DNA from: Octopus vulgaris
Taxonomy: Eukaryota
DNA: 64,000 nucleotides
Direction: 5' to 3'
NCBI GenBank assembly: GCA_951406725.2
Contig: OX597823.1
Span: 54,622,001 to 54,686,000 of the forward strand
Shown: piece by piece, positions 1-12,810 of the stretch
Layout of the letters: each line of letters starts with the position of its first letter
How positions within the stretch are numbered: the first letter of the stretch is position 1
The notes under the pieces: model-generated
The model's database searches: none
What the model was told of the DNA's origin: nothing
What the model saw: only the letters and a program-made list of their open reading frames with translations
Translations under genes and position numbers: made by a program

Positions 1-119
1 TGTTAAGGCCAGTGCCATGGAGTGTGAACTAATATCATCACCAGAGTCCCTCACCTACAGTAGTGTATTTGTTCATAGGACAGCTTTCCCCACTGGTCAC
101 CAGCTGGAGATTTTACTTA

Positions 120-500
120 CTCTCTTACTCTTTACTCCTTTACTCTTTTACTTGTTTCAGTCATTTGACTGGGGCCATGCTGGAGCACTGCCTTTAATCA
201 AGCAATTCGACCCCGGGACTTATTCTTTTGTAAGCCTAGTACCTATTCTATCGGTCTCTTTTGCCGAACCTCTAAGTAACGGGGACATAAACACACCAGC
301 ATCGGTTGTCAAGCAATGCTAGGGGGACAAACACACACACACGCATATATATATACATACATATATACGACGGGCTTCTTTCAGTTTCCGACTACCAAAT
401 CCACTCACAAGGCTTTGGTCGGCCCGAGGCTATAGTAGAAGACACTTGCCCAAGGTGCCACGCAGTGGGACTGAACCCGGAACCACACAGCCACTCCTGC
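120..500 (-). mobile_element. tRNA-derived CORE-type SINE (octopus OR-like), internally deleted near the head
   Basis: Reverse complement has a B-box-like GGTTCAGTCCC, a CORE-like ACCTTGGGCAAGTG, an internal (TA/TG)n and a (AAAGAGT)n tail. Many related copies in the window. Confidence 0.8.
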
Positions 501-526
501 ACCTATATACATATATATATATATAT

Positions 527-719
527 ACTGGAGTAAACACATAAATGTGAAACAAGGTGGAAAAATGAGTACTCAAATACCAGTGGTAGAGTAATATGCT
601 TTATTTAAAGCAGCAGAAAATTCAACAAAACCTGTTACTCTGAGTTTCCCGTTGCCGTTCATCAGACGGGAAACTCAGAGTAACAGGTTTTGTTGAATTT
701 TCTGCTGCTTTAAATAAAG
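527..719 (-). mobile_element. Short Penelope-like element end with 5' inverted copy and hammerhead core
   Basis: Perfect 54-bp inverted repeat at 599-652/666-719. Minus strand reads CTGATGA-ACGGCAACGG-GAAA-CTCAGAG-TA-ACAG. Flanked by (AT)n. Confidence 0.7.
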
Positions 720-749
720 TATATATATATATATATATATATACATATA

Positions 750-910
750 TACGACAGGCTTCTTTCAGGTTCCATCAACCAAATCCACTCACAAGGCTTT
801 GGTCAGCCCAAGGCTATAGTAGAAGACACTTGCCCAAGGTGCCACGCATTGGGACTGAACCTGGAACCGTGTGGCTGGTAAACAAGCTACTTACCACACA
901 GCCACTCCTT
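750..910 (-). mobile_element. CORE-type SINE, 5' half
   Basis: Same head and CORE sequence as 120-500 and 17650-18080. Confidence 0.75.
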
Positions 911-954
911 ACTAGTTACTTTACTTAAATGGTTACATTATTAGTATGAACAAG

Positions 955-1635
955 AAGGCAGTGAGCTTGCAGAATTGTTAGCTTGCTGGAAAATAAACTC
1001 AACAGCATTTCATACATCTTTACATTCTCAATTCAAATGTCACCAAGGTCAACTTTGCCTTTCATTCTTTTAGGGTTGATAGAATAAATATCATTTGAGC
1101 ACTGAGGTTGATGTAATTGACTTGCTCTCTCTCCCACAAAATTTCAGGTCTTGTGCCTACAGTAGAAAGGGCTACTTGTGAGAACAGGGCAGCGAGCTGG
1201 CAGAAGCGTTAGCATGACGGGCGAAATGCTTAGCGGTATTTCGTCTGTTGCTATGTTCTGAGTTCAAATTCCGCCGAGGTCGACTTTGCCTTTCATCCTT
1301 TCGGGGTCGATTAAATAAGTACCAGTTACGCACTGGGGTCGATATAATCGACTTAATCCATTTGTCTGCCCTTGTTTGTCCTCTCTGTGTTTAGCCCCTT
1401 GTGGGTAGTAAAGAAATAGGCTACATGTGAGAACAAAGGTAGTAGTAAACAGGCAGAACTGTTAAGAATGTAAAAAAAAAAAGAAAAATTGGCAGCATTT
1501 ACTTCCAGCTTTGTCTTTCATCCCCTTAGGGTCAATAAAATAAAGTACCAGTCAGGAAGTCAGGACTGGGGTCAGTGCTATCAATCAATCTCCTCCCACT
1601 AAAACTACTGACCTTCAACCAAAATTTGAAACAAT
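955..1635 (+). mobile_element. Cluster of three tRNA-derived SINEs (OK-like family); young copy at 1187-1418
   Basis: Head GGCAGCGAGCTGGCAGAA, B-box GAGTTCAAATTCC, body GACTTTGCCTTTCATCCTTTCGGGGTCGAT. The young copy has a 17-bp TSD GGCTAC(T/A)TGTGAGAACA at 1170-1186/1419-1435. Confidence 0.85.
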
Positions 1636-1719
1636 TACTAGTGTGAGATGGGGTTCTGAGTTCAAATTCTACAGAGGTTACTTTCATCCTTTTAAAATCA
1701 ATTGCCTTACTGAAGTGTC

Positions 1720-1945
1720 AGGTATACGAAACAAGGACAGAAAAACTGACAATGTTACACAAATATAAATACAAAAATACAATAAAAAACAATAATAATA
1801 ATAATAACAGGACATAACAACAGGCATCTTTCGACTGGGGACGAATTGAATTCAGCTGGCATGTGTGGAAATGAAGCCTTACGACAGAGGGAAGAATATC
1901 GATGTGGCAGTGACCGTGGCCTTAGCCTTGCCATTGCCCATAGTA
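1720..1945 (-). mobile_element. Fragment of unclassified interspersed repeat (family X, possibly Penelope-like non-autonomous)
   Basis: Reverse complement of 6180-6355; related sequence at 4122-4457, 5620-5915 and 15560-16095. Confidence 0.65.
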
Positions 1946-2580
1946 ATGCTGTGAACATGTTGGCTTGCTTCAGTAGGTTCTGTTAAACCTTGTGGTATGC
2001 AATCACACGTAGCACTTAATGCTGAAATGGGCATTTATTTTCTTACTTTCTTTCTCTTTTTTCCTTCTTCATCCATGTTTGTGTTTTTTCCAGTTTTGGA
2101 TTTATTTTTTAATGTGGTTTTGTATATATACGTATCATATACATACGTGTTGTATATGTTAATATTAAAGTACCTAAATTTTCACTAATTTGCCAACTTA
2201 TTAGATTTTATAAATAAAATAAATAGCAGTCGGGCACTGGGGGTTGATGTAATTGACTTACTCTTCCTTTAAAATTGCAGGCCTTGTGCCAAAATTTGAA
2301 ACCTTTATTAGCGTTAGGGAACATAAGGTAAATAAAATACATGAATTCTTAAAAAAATTAGATCTTGGACAATGTTTTAAAATTGTTGTAACTGTAGTTA
2401 AGAATTTCTCATCACAACCATCAGGTGTCAGATTCAACCCCATTTTTCGACATCATGTGCAGGTTCATTCTGAAATTGCCTTATGTCGATTAATGCCTTA
2501 TAAGTGATATTTAGTTGAAAGAAACTGGGAGATCAGTTGATTTAAAGATTGAAGGTGAAGTTGTGAGGAAACCAGTTGTG

Positions 2581-3355
2581 GGATCTTTTCCTTTTGAACG
2601 GCACTTTTCAACACAATTTCTAGTTAACTAAATACTTTTAAACTTCATATACTGGTAGAATGTGTCAAAATAAAACATTTTTTTCTTTTATGTTTTTTGA
2701 GAAAATTGTAATTTGTAAGTTTAACGTAGTTTAATTTTTCGAATTTTAACCAATCCTATGCCCTCTATTTAGCTAAAATCATTTGCTGCGTCTAAAACTG
2801 AGACAACATCCTGTCACTAACCCTAACTCTAACCCTAACCATAACCCTAACCCTAAATTTTAGCCTTTCATTTTTTTTTTCTTAATTGTTAAATTAATTT
2901 AAATGTTATGCGTGTGTCTAAAATTATTCGTTTTGTTTTTGTTTTGAGTTTTTGCTTTCGTTTTAGCCTTTCATTTTTTTTTCTTAATTGTTAAATTAAA
3001 ATTATTTTCCATTGCTTTCGTTTTTTTTTTATTAATTGTTATCCTTAAATTAATTTAACAATTAAGAAAAAAAACAAAACGAAAGGCTAAAATTTAGGGT
3101 TAGGGTGAGGATTAGGGTTAGTGACAGGATGTTGTCTGTTTTAGATGCAGCAAATGATTTTAGCTAAATAGAGGGCATAGGATTGGTTAAAATTCGAAAA
3201 ATCAAACTACGTTAAATAAACAAATTACAATTTTATCAAGAAAGCCAAGAGAAAAAAGTGTTTTATTTTGACACATTCTACCAGTATACGAAGTTTAAAA
3301 GTGTTTAGTTAACTAGAAATTGTGTTGAAAAGTGCCGTTCAAAAGGAAAAGAGCC
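2581..3355. mobile_element. Foldback MITE with long TIRs, GG termini and 8-bp TSD (Merlin-like architecture), containing TAACCC/GGGTTA repeats
   Basis: Termini GGATCTTTTCCTTTTGAACGGCAC and GTGCCGTTCAAAAGGAAAAGAGCC; roughly 300-bp inverted arms; TSD CAGTTGTG at 2573-2580 and 3356-3363. Confidence 0.85.
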
Positions 3356-4121
3356 CAGTTGTGTATGTGTGTAAAATTTTGCCGGTATATACACTTCGGC
3401 AAGAAAATCTCTAATTGGTGTTTGCAAAAAAGACGGGGAAAAAAAAACGTGTGTTATTTACTTCTAATCGGTTTGCACAGACAACCCCATCCTTCGTATT
3501 CGTTACAAAAAGTGCAGAGCACCCAATGATCGATCGGTTCGAAATGAGTAAACAGCGAAGCTATTAGTCACAAGACGTAATGTGAAATAAATAATGTATG
3601 TGTACGAGTATGGGTGGTTGTGTGTGTGTATGTGTGTGAAATAGACAGAAGAGAGAAAGACAGACAATGAGAGACCAGAGAAAGAAAGAAACCTATCGTG
3701 GTAGGGGAAGTAACTTTTCATATATTTATTGATGGTGGTTATGGATCCTTGCCAATACTATTGAATGAAATAAATTATCCTCTCCACTATCATTATTATC
3801 TTTTGTCAACAATTAGTTTTGTATCAGCATCTAAACTCCTTTCTCTTTTCTAAATACTATAAACGGGGAGACAAAATAAATAAATAAATAAATAAAAAAA
3901 CTTCTTCCTTTTCATAGAATAAACTAGTATACAGGCACAGGCCTTGAAGTTTTGGAGAAGTTGGTAAGTCGATTACATTAATTCCAATGCTCAACTAGTA
4001 CTTATTTCATCAACTCTGAACAGCAAAGCTGACTTATTGGAGTTTGAACTCAGGACGTGAAGCTGACGAAATGTTGTTAAGCAATGTTGTTAAGCTACCG
4101 AATAACTGTCACTCACACACA

Positions 4122-4457
4122 CATAATAAAATACAAAATGGGACGAGAAAGCTAAACATCCGGACAACTAGATGATACAAAAAGGGACAACAAAACCTCC
4201 AGATAGACGATACAAAGAAACACGGACGGGTCATTCGAAGCCTTTTATCTTCAGTCAAGAACCGGATCATCCTCGCAATTTCGGCTTATTAATCTTGAGA
4301 TTGCTTCAATCTGGCCAGCCCCAAGTAAAAACTAAGCTCAGAGCATTAGATTCCTTGGAAAAAAAAGCATGGAATGTAATCGAAACAAGAACGGAAAAAC
4401 AGACGATGTTACACGAACAAAAGTACAAAAATACAATAAAAAAACAATAACAATAAT
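4122..4457 (-). mobile_element. Family X repeat, left arm of a head-to-head pair with 5620-5915
   Basis: Inverted near-copy of 5620-5915 (the ORF track shows near-identical spurious peptides at 4172+ and 5541-). Confidence 0.75.
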
Positions 4458-4798
<341 letters not shown>

Positions 4799-5557
4799 GC
4801 AGAAACAGAGGGATTTTTAATTGCAGCACAAGACCAAAGCCTCCCCACCAAAAATTACCAAAAACATGTAATGAAAAGAAATATTACAAGTAACTGCAGA
4901 ATATGTGGAGATGGACAAGAAACAATAAATCATATTATCTCTAGCTGCCCAGTCCTGGCTAAGAAGGAATATATTCACAGACATGACAGAGTTGGAACCT
5001 ACATACATTGGAAGCTATGCCAACATTATGGAATAACAACAGAAAAAAGATGGTATAGGCACACACCAGAAAATGTCACAGAAAACGAGAAAGCAACCAT
5101 ACTCTGGGATATGCCGATACACACAGATAGAGAAATTAAGGCCAACAGACCAGATATAGTTGTCAGAGACCATGAAGAAAAAAATGCTTTCTAATTGATG
5201 TATCAATACCGGCAGATGACAACGTGTCTCTAAAAGAAATGGAGAAACTCTCAAAATACAAAGACCTGGAAATAGAGGTAACTAGAATGTGGAATCTGAA
5301 TACAGAAACAATTCCTATCATAGTAGATGTATTAGGCATGATAAAAAAATATTCAGACAAATACATAACAAAAACACCAGGACTTACAAACACATATAAC
5401 ATACAGAAAATTGCACTACTAGGCACTGCACACATCCTACGCAGAACACTTTCCATACAATAACCATCAGAGCATCACAACAAACCACAGAACATACCCA
5501 AGGCACACAGAGCTGCGCTCGGTAGTGAAGTGAAAGCACGCTATAAAAATAAAACTA

Positions 5558-5560
<3 letters not shown>
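4799..5560 (+). mobile_element. 5'-truncated R4/Dong-type non-LTR retrotransposon (restriction-like endonuclease domain) in a (TAA)n tract
   Basis: Translation shows AETEGFLIAAQDQ, CCHC finger CRICG..ETINHIISSC, RHD, RPDIVV..IDVSIP and KLSKYKDL motifs with two frameshifts; stop at 5461-5463. (AAT)n on both flanks. Confidence 0.9.
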
Positions 5561-5619
<59 letters not shown>

Positions 5620-5621
<2 letters not shown>

Positions 5622-6455
5622 TATTCGTGTAACATCGTCTGTTTTTCCGTCCTTGTTTCGTATACATTCGATGCTTTTTTCCAAGGAATGTAATGCTCTT
5701 AGCTTAGTTTTTCCTTGGGGCTGGCCTGATTGGAGCAATCTCAAGATTAATAAGCCGAAATTGCGAGGATGATCCGGTTCTTGACTGAAGATAAAAGGCT
5801 TCGAATGACCCGTCCTTGTTTTTTTGTATCGTCTATCTGGATGTTTTGTTGTCCCTTTTTGTATCACCTAGTTGTCCGGATGTTTTGCATTCTTGTCCCA
5901 TTTTGTATTTTATTATATATATATATATATATACGGTAGCGTACGTACACTTTGTTCTCTTGTATGTAAGTAGGCATTTCACTAAATTTTGTACTTTTTC
6001 AACACTTTCTCCCCCCTCTCTCTCTTTTTTTCTCGCCACTCCTTGATTCTTCCGTCTATCTACTTCTACACACTTTCTCTCGCTCTCTTCTTCCCCTTCT
6101 TAATTCCTTTGTTCCTCTTTTTCTCTCTCTTCTCTTCTCACGTGACCGTTGGCCGACTGCTAGCCCTTTTTGCGTCTGACTACGGTCACTGCCACATCGA
6201 TATTCTTCCCTCTGCCGTAAGGCTTCATTTCCACACACATTCGTCCCCAGTCGAAAGACGCCTGTTGTTATGTCCTGTTATTATTACTATTATTATTGTT
6301 TTTTTGTATTTATATTCGTGTAACATCGTCTGTTTTTCCGTCCTTGTTTCGTATACATTCGATGCTTTTTTTTTTCAAGGAATGTAATGCTCTTAGCTTA
6401 GTTTTTCCTTGGGGCTGGCCAGATTGGAGCAATCTCAAGATTAATCAGCCGAAAT
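5620..6455 (+). mobile_element. Family X repeat, two segments (5620-5915 and about 6046-6455)
   Basis: Direct repeat of about 140 bp between 5620-5760 and 6312-6455; ends in (AT)n at 5913. Confidence 0.7.
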
Positions 6456-6676
6456 ATATATAAACATACGACGGACTTTTTTCAGTTTCCGTCTACCATA
6501 TCCACTCACAAGTGCTTGGTCGCTCCGAGTCTTTAGTAGAAGACACTTGTCCAAGATGCCATGCAGTGCGACTGAACCTGGAACCATGTGGTTGGGAAGC
6601 AAGCTTCTTACCATACAGCCACTCCTGCAGTTAGTTTTTAAATGTCTAAAACTTGTTTGGTCCTATGGTGACAACA

Positions 6677-6764
<88 letters not shown>
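6677..6764. repeat. (CTAT)n microsatellite
   Basis: Direct tandem repeat. Confidence 0.95.
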
Positions 6765-6989
6765 TTTTCACCCCTCACTCTCTCTCTGTCTCTCACTCTC
6801 GCTCTCTCATTCTATTTCTTTCCTCGACTTCTAAATATATGTTGTAACAGGCGATATCTCCCCTTTTGATAACTTCCCTTTTTCCCTTGATCTAATAGAT
6901 GTTGTGACAGACAGACAGATCGACAGATAAAGATCAGCTTCTCGTTTATAATATAAGATTTGGCATCATTACTAGAATCTTCATTAATG

Positions 6990-8195
6990 ATTGCTTCAAA
7001 TTTTGGCAGAATGCCATCAATTTTAGGGAGATGGGGTTAGTCAGTGACGTCAATCTCAATGCTCGACTGGTACTTATTCTATCGACCCCGAAAAGATGAA
7101 AAGCAAAGTCGATCTCGGCAGAATTTGAACTCAGGACGTAAAGACGGATGAAATGCCGCTAAGCATTTTGCCCGGCGTGTTAACTGATCTGCCAGATCGC
7201 CACCTTTATTGATAATGGTAAAATATTGAAAACAAACCAAATTATCACAGACTGTTTGCGCAATCTTATAAAAATATTACGTCGGCATTTATGTGGGGAG
7301 GTCACATCATTTTATCACAAGTCTTTCCTCAGTACACATAAACCATACCTGATTTATGTCTTACATTATTCAGTGACTTTGTTAGATTAAAAAGAAAAAC
7401 GTTTCTTACCAACTAAGCGAAAAATGTTAAAATTTTTATCAGCTTAACGATATTTTAGCTAATTATGTATATAGATGCAAATCGGTTTCACTTTGATTTA
7501 CGAAAATGTAAGAGTTTAACGATTTGTTATTGATTGAGCTATTAATAACTACAACGAATTTATTCTTTGATGTTTATACATCAATTCTCTGTATGTATAT
7601 AAGTTTATGGACGAATAAATATTTACATGGTGCCACATACATGGAATGCTTTTGATCGTAGGTCTGCTTGGTTAAGTTTGTACTGTCTTGATAGATTATG
7701 TCCCTTGGATTTTCCACTTGTAGCTAGCGGCTAAAAAGACCACCGCGGTATGTATATTTAATTGCGGGATGGAAGAGGATAAGGGTGGGTTAAAAGCGTG
7801 GGAGATGAGAGACTGTTAATATTACTGTCAAATTTTGGTACAAGGCCAACAATTTTTGGGGAGGGAGTAGGTCGATTACATCGACTCCTGCGTTCAACTT
7901 GTATTTATTTTATTGACCCCCGAAACGATGAAAGACAAAGCCGACTTCGGAGGAATTTGAACTCAGAGCGTAAGACAAACAAAATGCCGCTAAGCATTTT
8001 GCCCGGCGTGCTAACAATTCTACCAGCTCGCTGTCTTAATGGAGTGTTAATATTGGTTTCATATTTTGGCACAAGGCTAACAATTTCGTGGGAGGGAGGG
8101 AGGAAGTCAAGTACATGGATCTCGGTTTTCAACTGGTACTTATTTTGTCGACCCCGAAAAGGTAAAAAGCACAGTCAACCTTGGCGGAATTTAAG
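6990..8195 (-). mobile_element. Three older OK-like SINE copies (about 6990-7207, 7825-8038, 8052-8195)
   Basis: Reverse complements of the family head and body with the CCAAAATTTGA-type tail. Confidence 0.75.
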
Positions 8196-8310
8196 GAATG
8201 TAAGGCGGCGGGCTGGCAGAATCGTTAGTAAAAAGCTCTTGTGAATGCATTTAGTAGACAGAAAATGAAAGACGCCTTTTGTATATATATATGTATGTAC
8301 ATATATATAT

Positions 8311-8772
8311 AGGTGATAAATAAAAATATATGCATACATACAAACATATATGTACGTACCTACATCTACATGTATATATACATGCATATATAAATAATTC
8401 TCGCAGGAAGGCCTATTGGATTAGTGTTCTGTCTCTGCCTTCGAAACATGCTTGACTCCACTGGTGACAGCTGATGACGGGGGTTTTGTCCTTGTGTAGC
8501 TCGTCCTGTAATTGTTTTTTCGTTTTGTTGTTTTTCGTTTTGTTGTTTTTTTTGTTGTTTTTTTTTCCGTTTCTACGTCTTATTGTGATGTCCTGTACTC
8601 ACGTATAATTATTTATATATGCATGTATATATACATGTAGATGTAGGTACGTACATATATGTTTGTATGCATGCATATATTTTTATTTATCACCTTATTG
8701 TCTGACAGCGCCCCGCATCAGGTTCGTCCCGATTCGTCGTTTCGTTCCACTTCTTGGTTCCTTTTTTTATAT

Positions 8773-8775
<3 letters not shown>
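8311..8775 (+). mobile_element. Putative Penelope-like element end with 5' inverted partial copy
   Basis: 89-bp inverted repeat at 8311-8399/8607-8695 with one mismatch; internal GAAGGC..GCCTTC-GAAAC and CTGATGA motifs; AT-tract flanks. Confidence 0.55.
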
Positions 8776-8822
<47 letters not shown>

Positions 8823-8846
8823 TGTATGTATGTATGTATGTATGTA

Positions 8847-8877
<31 letters not shown>

Positions 8878-9167
8878 ATGTATGCATGTATACGTGTATT
8901 CTATATGTGTGTGAATGTTGATGTAATAGCTATTACATAGTTAAGATTATGAAACAGCTGTAAACGAATGGAATAAACTTTTACTCTCTCTCTCTCTCTC
9001 ACTTCACTTTTCTTATCTGTAATACACTTTTCTTATCTGATATACATTCTCTCCACCATTGTGTCACCCGGATTTTCAGAACGATACCAAGGTTCATATT
9101 AACCTCAACCATAGTCATTCTGGTTAGCTATGCACTTTGCGGAGAGTTTAACACGAGATCGAATCTC

Positions 9168-9178
9168 TGCTGCTGCTA

Positions 9179-9236
<58 letters not shown>

Positions 9237-9307
9237 AACTACTGCTGCTGCTGCTGCTGCTACTACTACTACTACTACTACTACTACTGCTGCTGCTACT
9301 ACTACTA

Positions 9308-9384
<77 letters not shown>

Positions 9385-9432
9385 GCTCTGCTGCTGCTAC
9401 TGCTGCTGCTGCTGCTACTGCTGCTGCTGCTG

Positions 9433-9471
<39 letters not shown>
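9168..9471. repeat. Compound (CTA)n/(CTG)n trinucleotide repeat
   Basis: Alternating blocks of CTA and CTG; source of the poly-T/A/L/S/V ORFs. Confidence 0.95.
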
Positions 9472-9692
9472 TATGTGTGTGCGTGCGTATATATCTTTGC
9501 GTTTGTTCCCCCATAATCACTTGACAATCAGACGAATATGATAAATGGAAAATAAAATTTGATTTACGATGAACATTTGGTTGAAATATTTGAATATCAC
9601 AGAGTTTACTTAGATGAAACACCAGCGTTAACGACAGCTGTACTTTGTAAGACAGGTAAAGTGGCAGAGATTATAATAATTTATACAAACAA

Positions 9693-10206
9693 CTAGCAGT
9701 ATCGCCCGGCGTTGCTCGGGTTTGTAAGGGAAATAACTATATAAGCATTTTTAGAGAGTTACTTCCCTTATAGATGCCAATTCGGGCTTTCTTAGCCATT
9801 TCTGTTTTGGTGTCTTCAAGCCATGAAGTCGTTGTTCTAAAAGAACGCTGGTCTCCTTGACAACGCTTTACGACGTTGATTTCCTTACACTCCCTTCCCC
9901 ACAGCTTCACGAGGGAGGGAAGAAAGGGGAAGAAGCAAACAGGTGCAGGTGTGACCATGGACGCCAACTCCGCCGCCATCGACACACGAAAAATTATGCA
10001 TTAAAATGGAATAAAAAATGATGTTAAATTATTTTTAAAATCGTAGACTCATCGTAGACGCGCGCTAATACTCAGACGGGCTCGATATGAATCACGACTA
10101 TAAGATACCCGAATTTGGTTAAACTGCACCGCAAAATGTGGGAGTAGTTAGGAATCTAAATCGAAGGGGACAGACACTCACACAACTACAGTTTTATATA
10201 TATAGA
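9693..10206 (-). mobile_element. Non-autonomous Helitron
   Basis: Minus strand 5' TC and 3' CTAG, subterminal hairpin CCCGAGC-AAC-GCCGGG, inserted between A and T with no TSD. Confidence 0.9.
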
Positions 10207-10261
10207 TATAATAGGCATGAGAGCGCTCGTGTATGTATATATAAGAAAAGACACACACATA

Positions 10262-10445
10262 TATAGGGAAAATTCACAAAGATGAAAAAAACAACAGCAA
10301 AAGACGAAGACAGGTGATGTAGACAACAAACAGATGTATTAGCTTAACGCTCGGGAAGTGAAAAAGTCTTTAATGTTTCGAGCCTACGCTCTTCCACAGA
10401 AAGGAACAAGGAGAGAAAATAAAGAATGTGTAGTGGCTAGCGATC
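10262..10445 (-). mobile_element. Short Penelope-like repeat with degenerate hammerhead motif
   Basis: Minus strand CTTT-CTGTGGA-A-GAGC-GTAG-GCTC-GAAAC-ATT-AAAG. Relatives at about 21600-21770, 27993-28150, 33880-34040 and 57560-57720. Confidence 0.55.
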
Positions 10446-10611
10446 TATCATGGCGAATGCCGGATAGAGGGGTCGTAGCTCGTTTACCAACCAATTGGTT
10501 CCGGGTTCAGCCCCACTGCATGGCATCTTGGGCAAGTGTCTTCTACTATTGCCTCGAGCCGACCAAAGCCTTGTGAGTGGATTTGGTAGACGGAAACTAA
10601 AAGAAGCCCGT

Positions 10612-10707
<96 letters not shown>

Positions 10708-10708
<1 letters not shown>

Positions 10709-11092
10709 TAGCAGTATCGCCCGGCGTTGCTCGGGTTTGTAAGGGAAATAACTATATAAGCATTTTTAGAGAGTTATAGCCAAAAAATAGCAAAAAAAAA
10801 AAAATGGAAAAAAAATGATGGTAAATTTTTTTAAAAATCGTTGACTCATCGTAGACATTTTTAGAGAGTTACTTCCCTTAGCGAAAAAATGCATTAAAAT
10901 GGAAAAAATGATGGTAAATTATTTTTAAAATCGTAGACTCATCGTAGACGCGCGCCAATACACAGAAGGGCTCGATATGAATCACGACTATAAGATACCC
11001 GCTTTTGGTTACACTGCACCACAAAATGTGGGAGTAGTTAGGAATCTAAATCGTAGGAGACAGACACACAACTTCTCTTTTATATATAAAGA
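10708..11092 (-). mobile_element. Non-autonomous Helitron at the edge of an (AT)n tract
   Basis: TC and CTAG ends plus the same hairpin as 9693-10206. Confidence 0.9.
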
Positions 11093-11234
11093 TATATATA
11101 TACACACACATGTGTATATGTGTGTGTGTGTTTGTGTATGTATGTCTATGTATATATAAAGAAAATGTGTTATATATATATATATATGTGTGTGTGTATG
11201 TGTTTATGTATATAAGAAAGAGTGTGCGAATATC

Positions 11235-11427
11235 TTTTACCTTTTACTTGTTTCAGTCATTGGATTGCGACCATGCTGGGACTCTTCCTTAATGAGTTTA
11301 GTCGAACGAATTGATCCCAGTGCTTCTATCGCTTTCTTTTTGCCAAACTGCTATATTACAGGGATGTAAACAAGCCAACTCCAGTTGTGAGTCGGTGGTA
11401 AGAGACACGCACATAGACACACACACG

Positions 11428-11481
<54 letters not shown>

Positions 11482-11610
11482 TGTATGTATGTAGCTAGCC
11501 AGGGCTAGCTATAGAAGAAGACACTTGCCCAAGGTCCCATGCAGTGGAACTGAACCCGAGACCACATGGCTGGGAAGCAAAGTTCTTAACAACACGCACG
11601 GCCATGCCTA
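11235..11610 (-). mobile_element. CORE-type SINE, diverged
   Basis: Family head, CORE and tail motifs; internal (CA)n. Confidence 0.7.
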
Positions 11611-12409
11611 AAAATATCTATGATAATAATACTCGTGTTTTTCTCCGTCACAACATGAGAAAGGAGAGGATGATAGATGTATAAAGAAGGAAGAAGTAAT
11701 GGCAAACTTGGTAGTGAGATGATGGAAATTCTACGCTGAAAAAAAAAGCAAACAGCGTTTCAACTCTGTTTGAGTATATGTGTGTGTATGTAAAATGGAG
11801 GTATGTGAATATGTGTGTGCGTAATGGAAGTGGGATGGTGAACATTCAACGCTGAAAAGAAAAATCAAACAGCGTTTCAACTCTGTGTAAATATATGTGT
11901 ATATGTATGCATGTGCATGTACAAGGGAAGTACGTGAACGTTTATCTGTGTGAACCAGCGTTCCTTCAGTAATAAACGATAATCGATATCACGTCTCAAA
12001 AATACAACCTCTAGATAACATTGACAAGTGTATTAATTTGAATTACCATCCATATTCTATCTTTTGTCTTTATTTTTATATAAAATACTACAATTAGCCA
12101 GCATTTCTGACGACATGGGGTGAGCTAGTATAAATTACATTTATTCTGAAGCTTACGCATGCGAAAATAAAAAAAAAGAGAAATTAGTACAAGGGAAATA
12201 ACTCCCTTGAGATACAAATGTCACAGCAGCAACATAAACATAATCAGTGTTGTGTGTCACTCATTATTTTTGCCTTGTTTCTGGTTATGTTTAATGTGTT
12301 CTTGAGTGAGATGAATGTTTGTATTTGATTGTTTTCTAGTGTAGCAGGTAGGAAGCAAGGTGATAGATTTGCCAGGTGCTTGCTATTTCAGGTTTGCTTT
12401 GAAGCTTGT

Positions 12410-12690
12410 GAAGGCGCGTGGTTAGGGTATTTGGCTCTTGGTAGTAAAGTGGAGTGTTCGATTCTTGACGGCACATTGTGTTCTTAAACAAGTCACTTTA
12501 TTTTCATGTTGCTTCAGTCTATTCAGCAGGTAAAATAAAGGCCGGCCTTGACACATTCTGTGTTACGCTTAATCTCCCTCAGAACTACGTTAAGAGTACG
12601 CGTGTCATTCACTTGTACGTTAATTCATGAGCAAGCTGTTCCGTTGTGTGAATCAACTGGAACCCTCGTCGTCGTAACCGACGGAATGCG
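12410..12690 (+). mobile_element. tRNA-derived SINE, third family
   Basis: Head GAAGGCGCGTGG..GGTTAGG, B-box GTTCGATTC, CORE-like TCTTAAACAAGTCACTTTA. Head related to 37250-37410 and 61197-61594. Confidence 0.65.
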
Positions 12691-12810
12691 TGTTTTTTTT
12701 TTTATGTTTGAACCCATGTTTTGAGAGGGTTGATATAAGAGATAAATTAGTTGTGCAGTTATCTCTAATGAATGATGGGAGAATCTGATTGTGATGCTAT
12801 TTATTCAGTA

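Noticed and set aside
2815-3122. Telomere or chromosome-fusion scar
   Set aside because: The short TAACCC/GGGTTA arrays lie inside the arms of a MITE with a clean TSD.
9105-9527. Poly-S/V/A/T/L ORFs
   Set aside because: Translations of a trinucleotide microsatellite.
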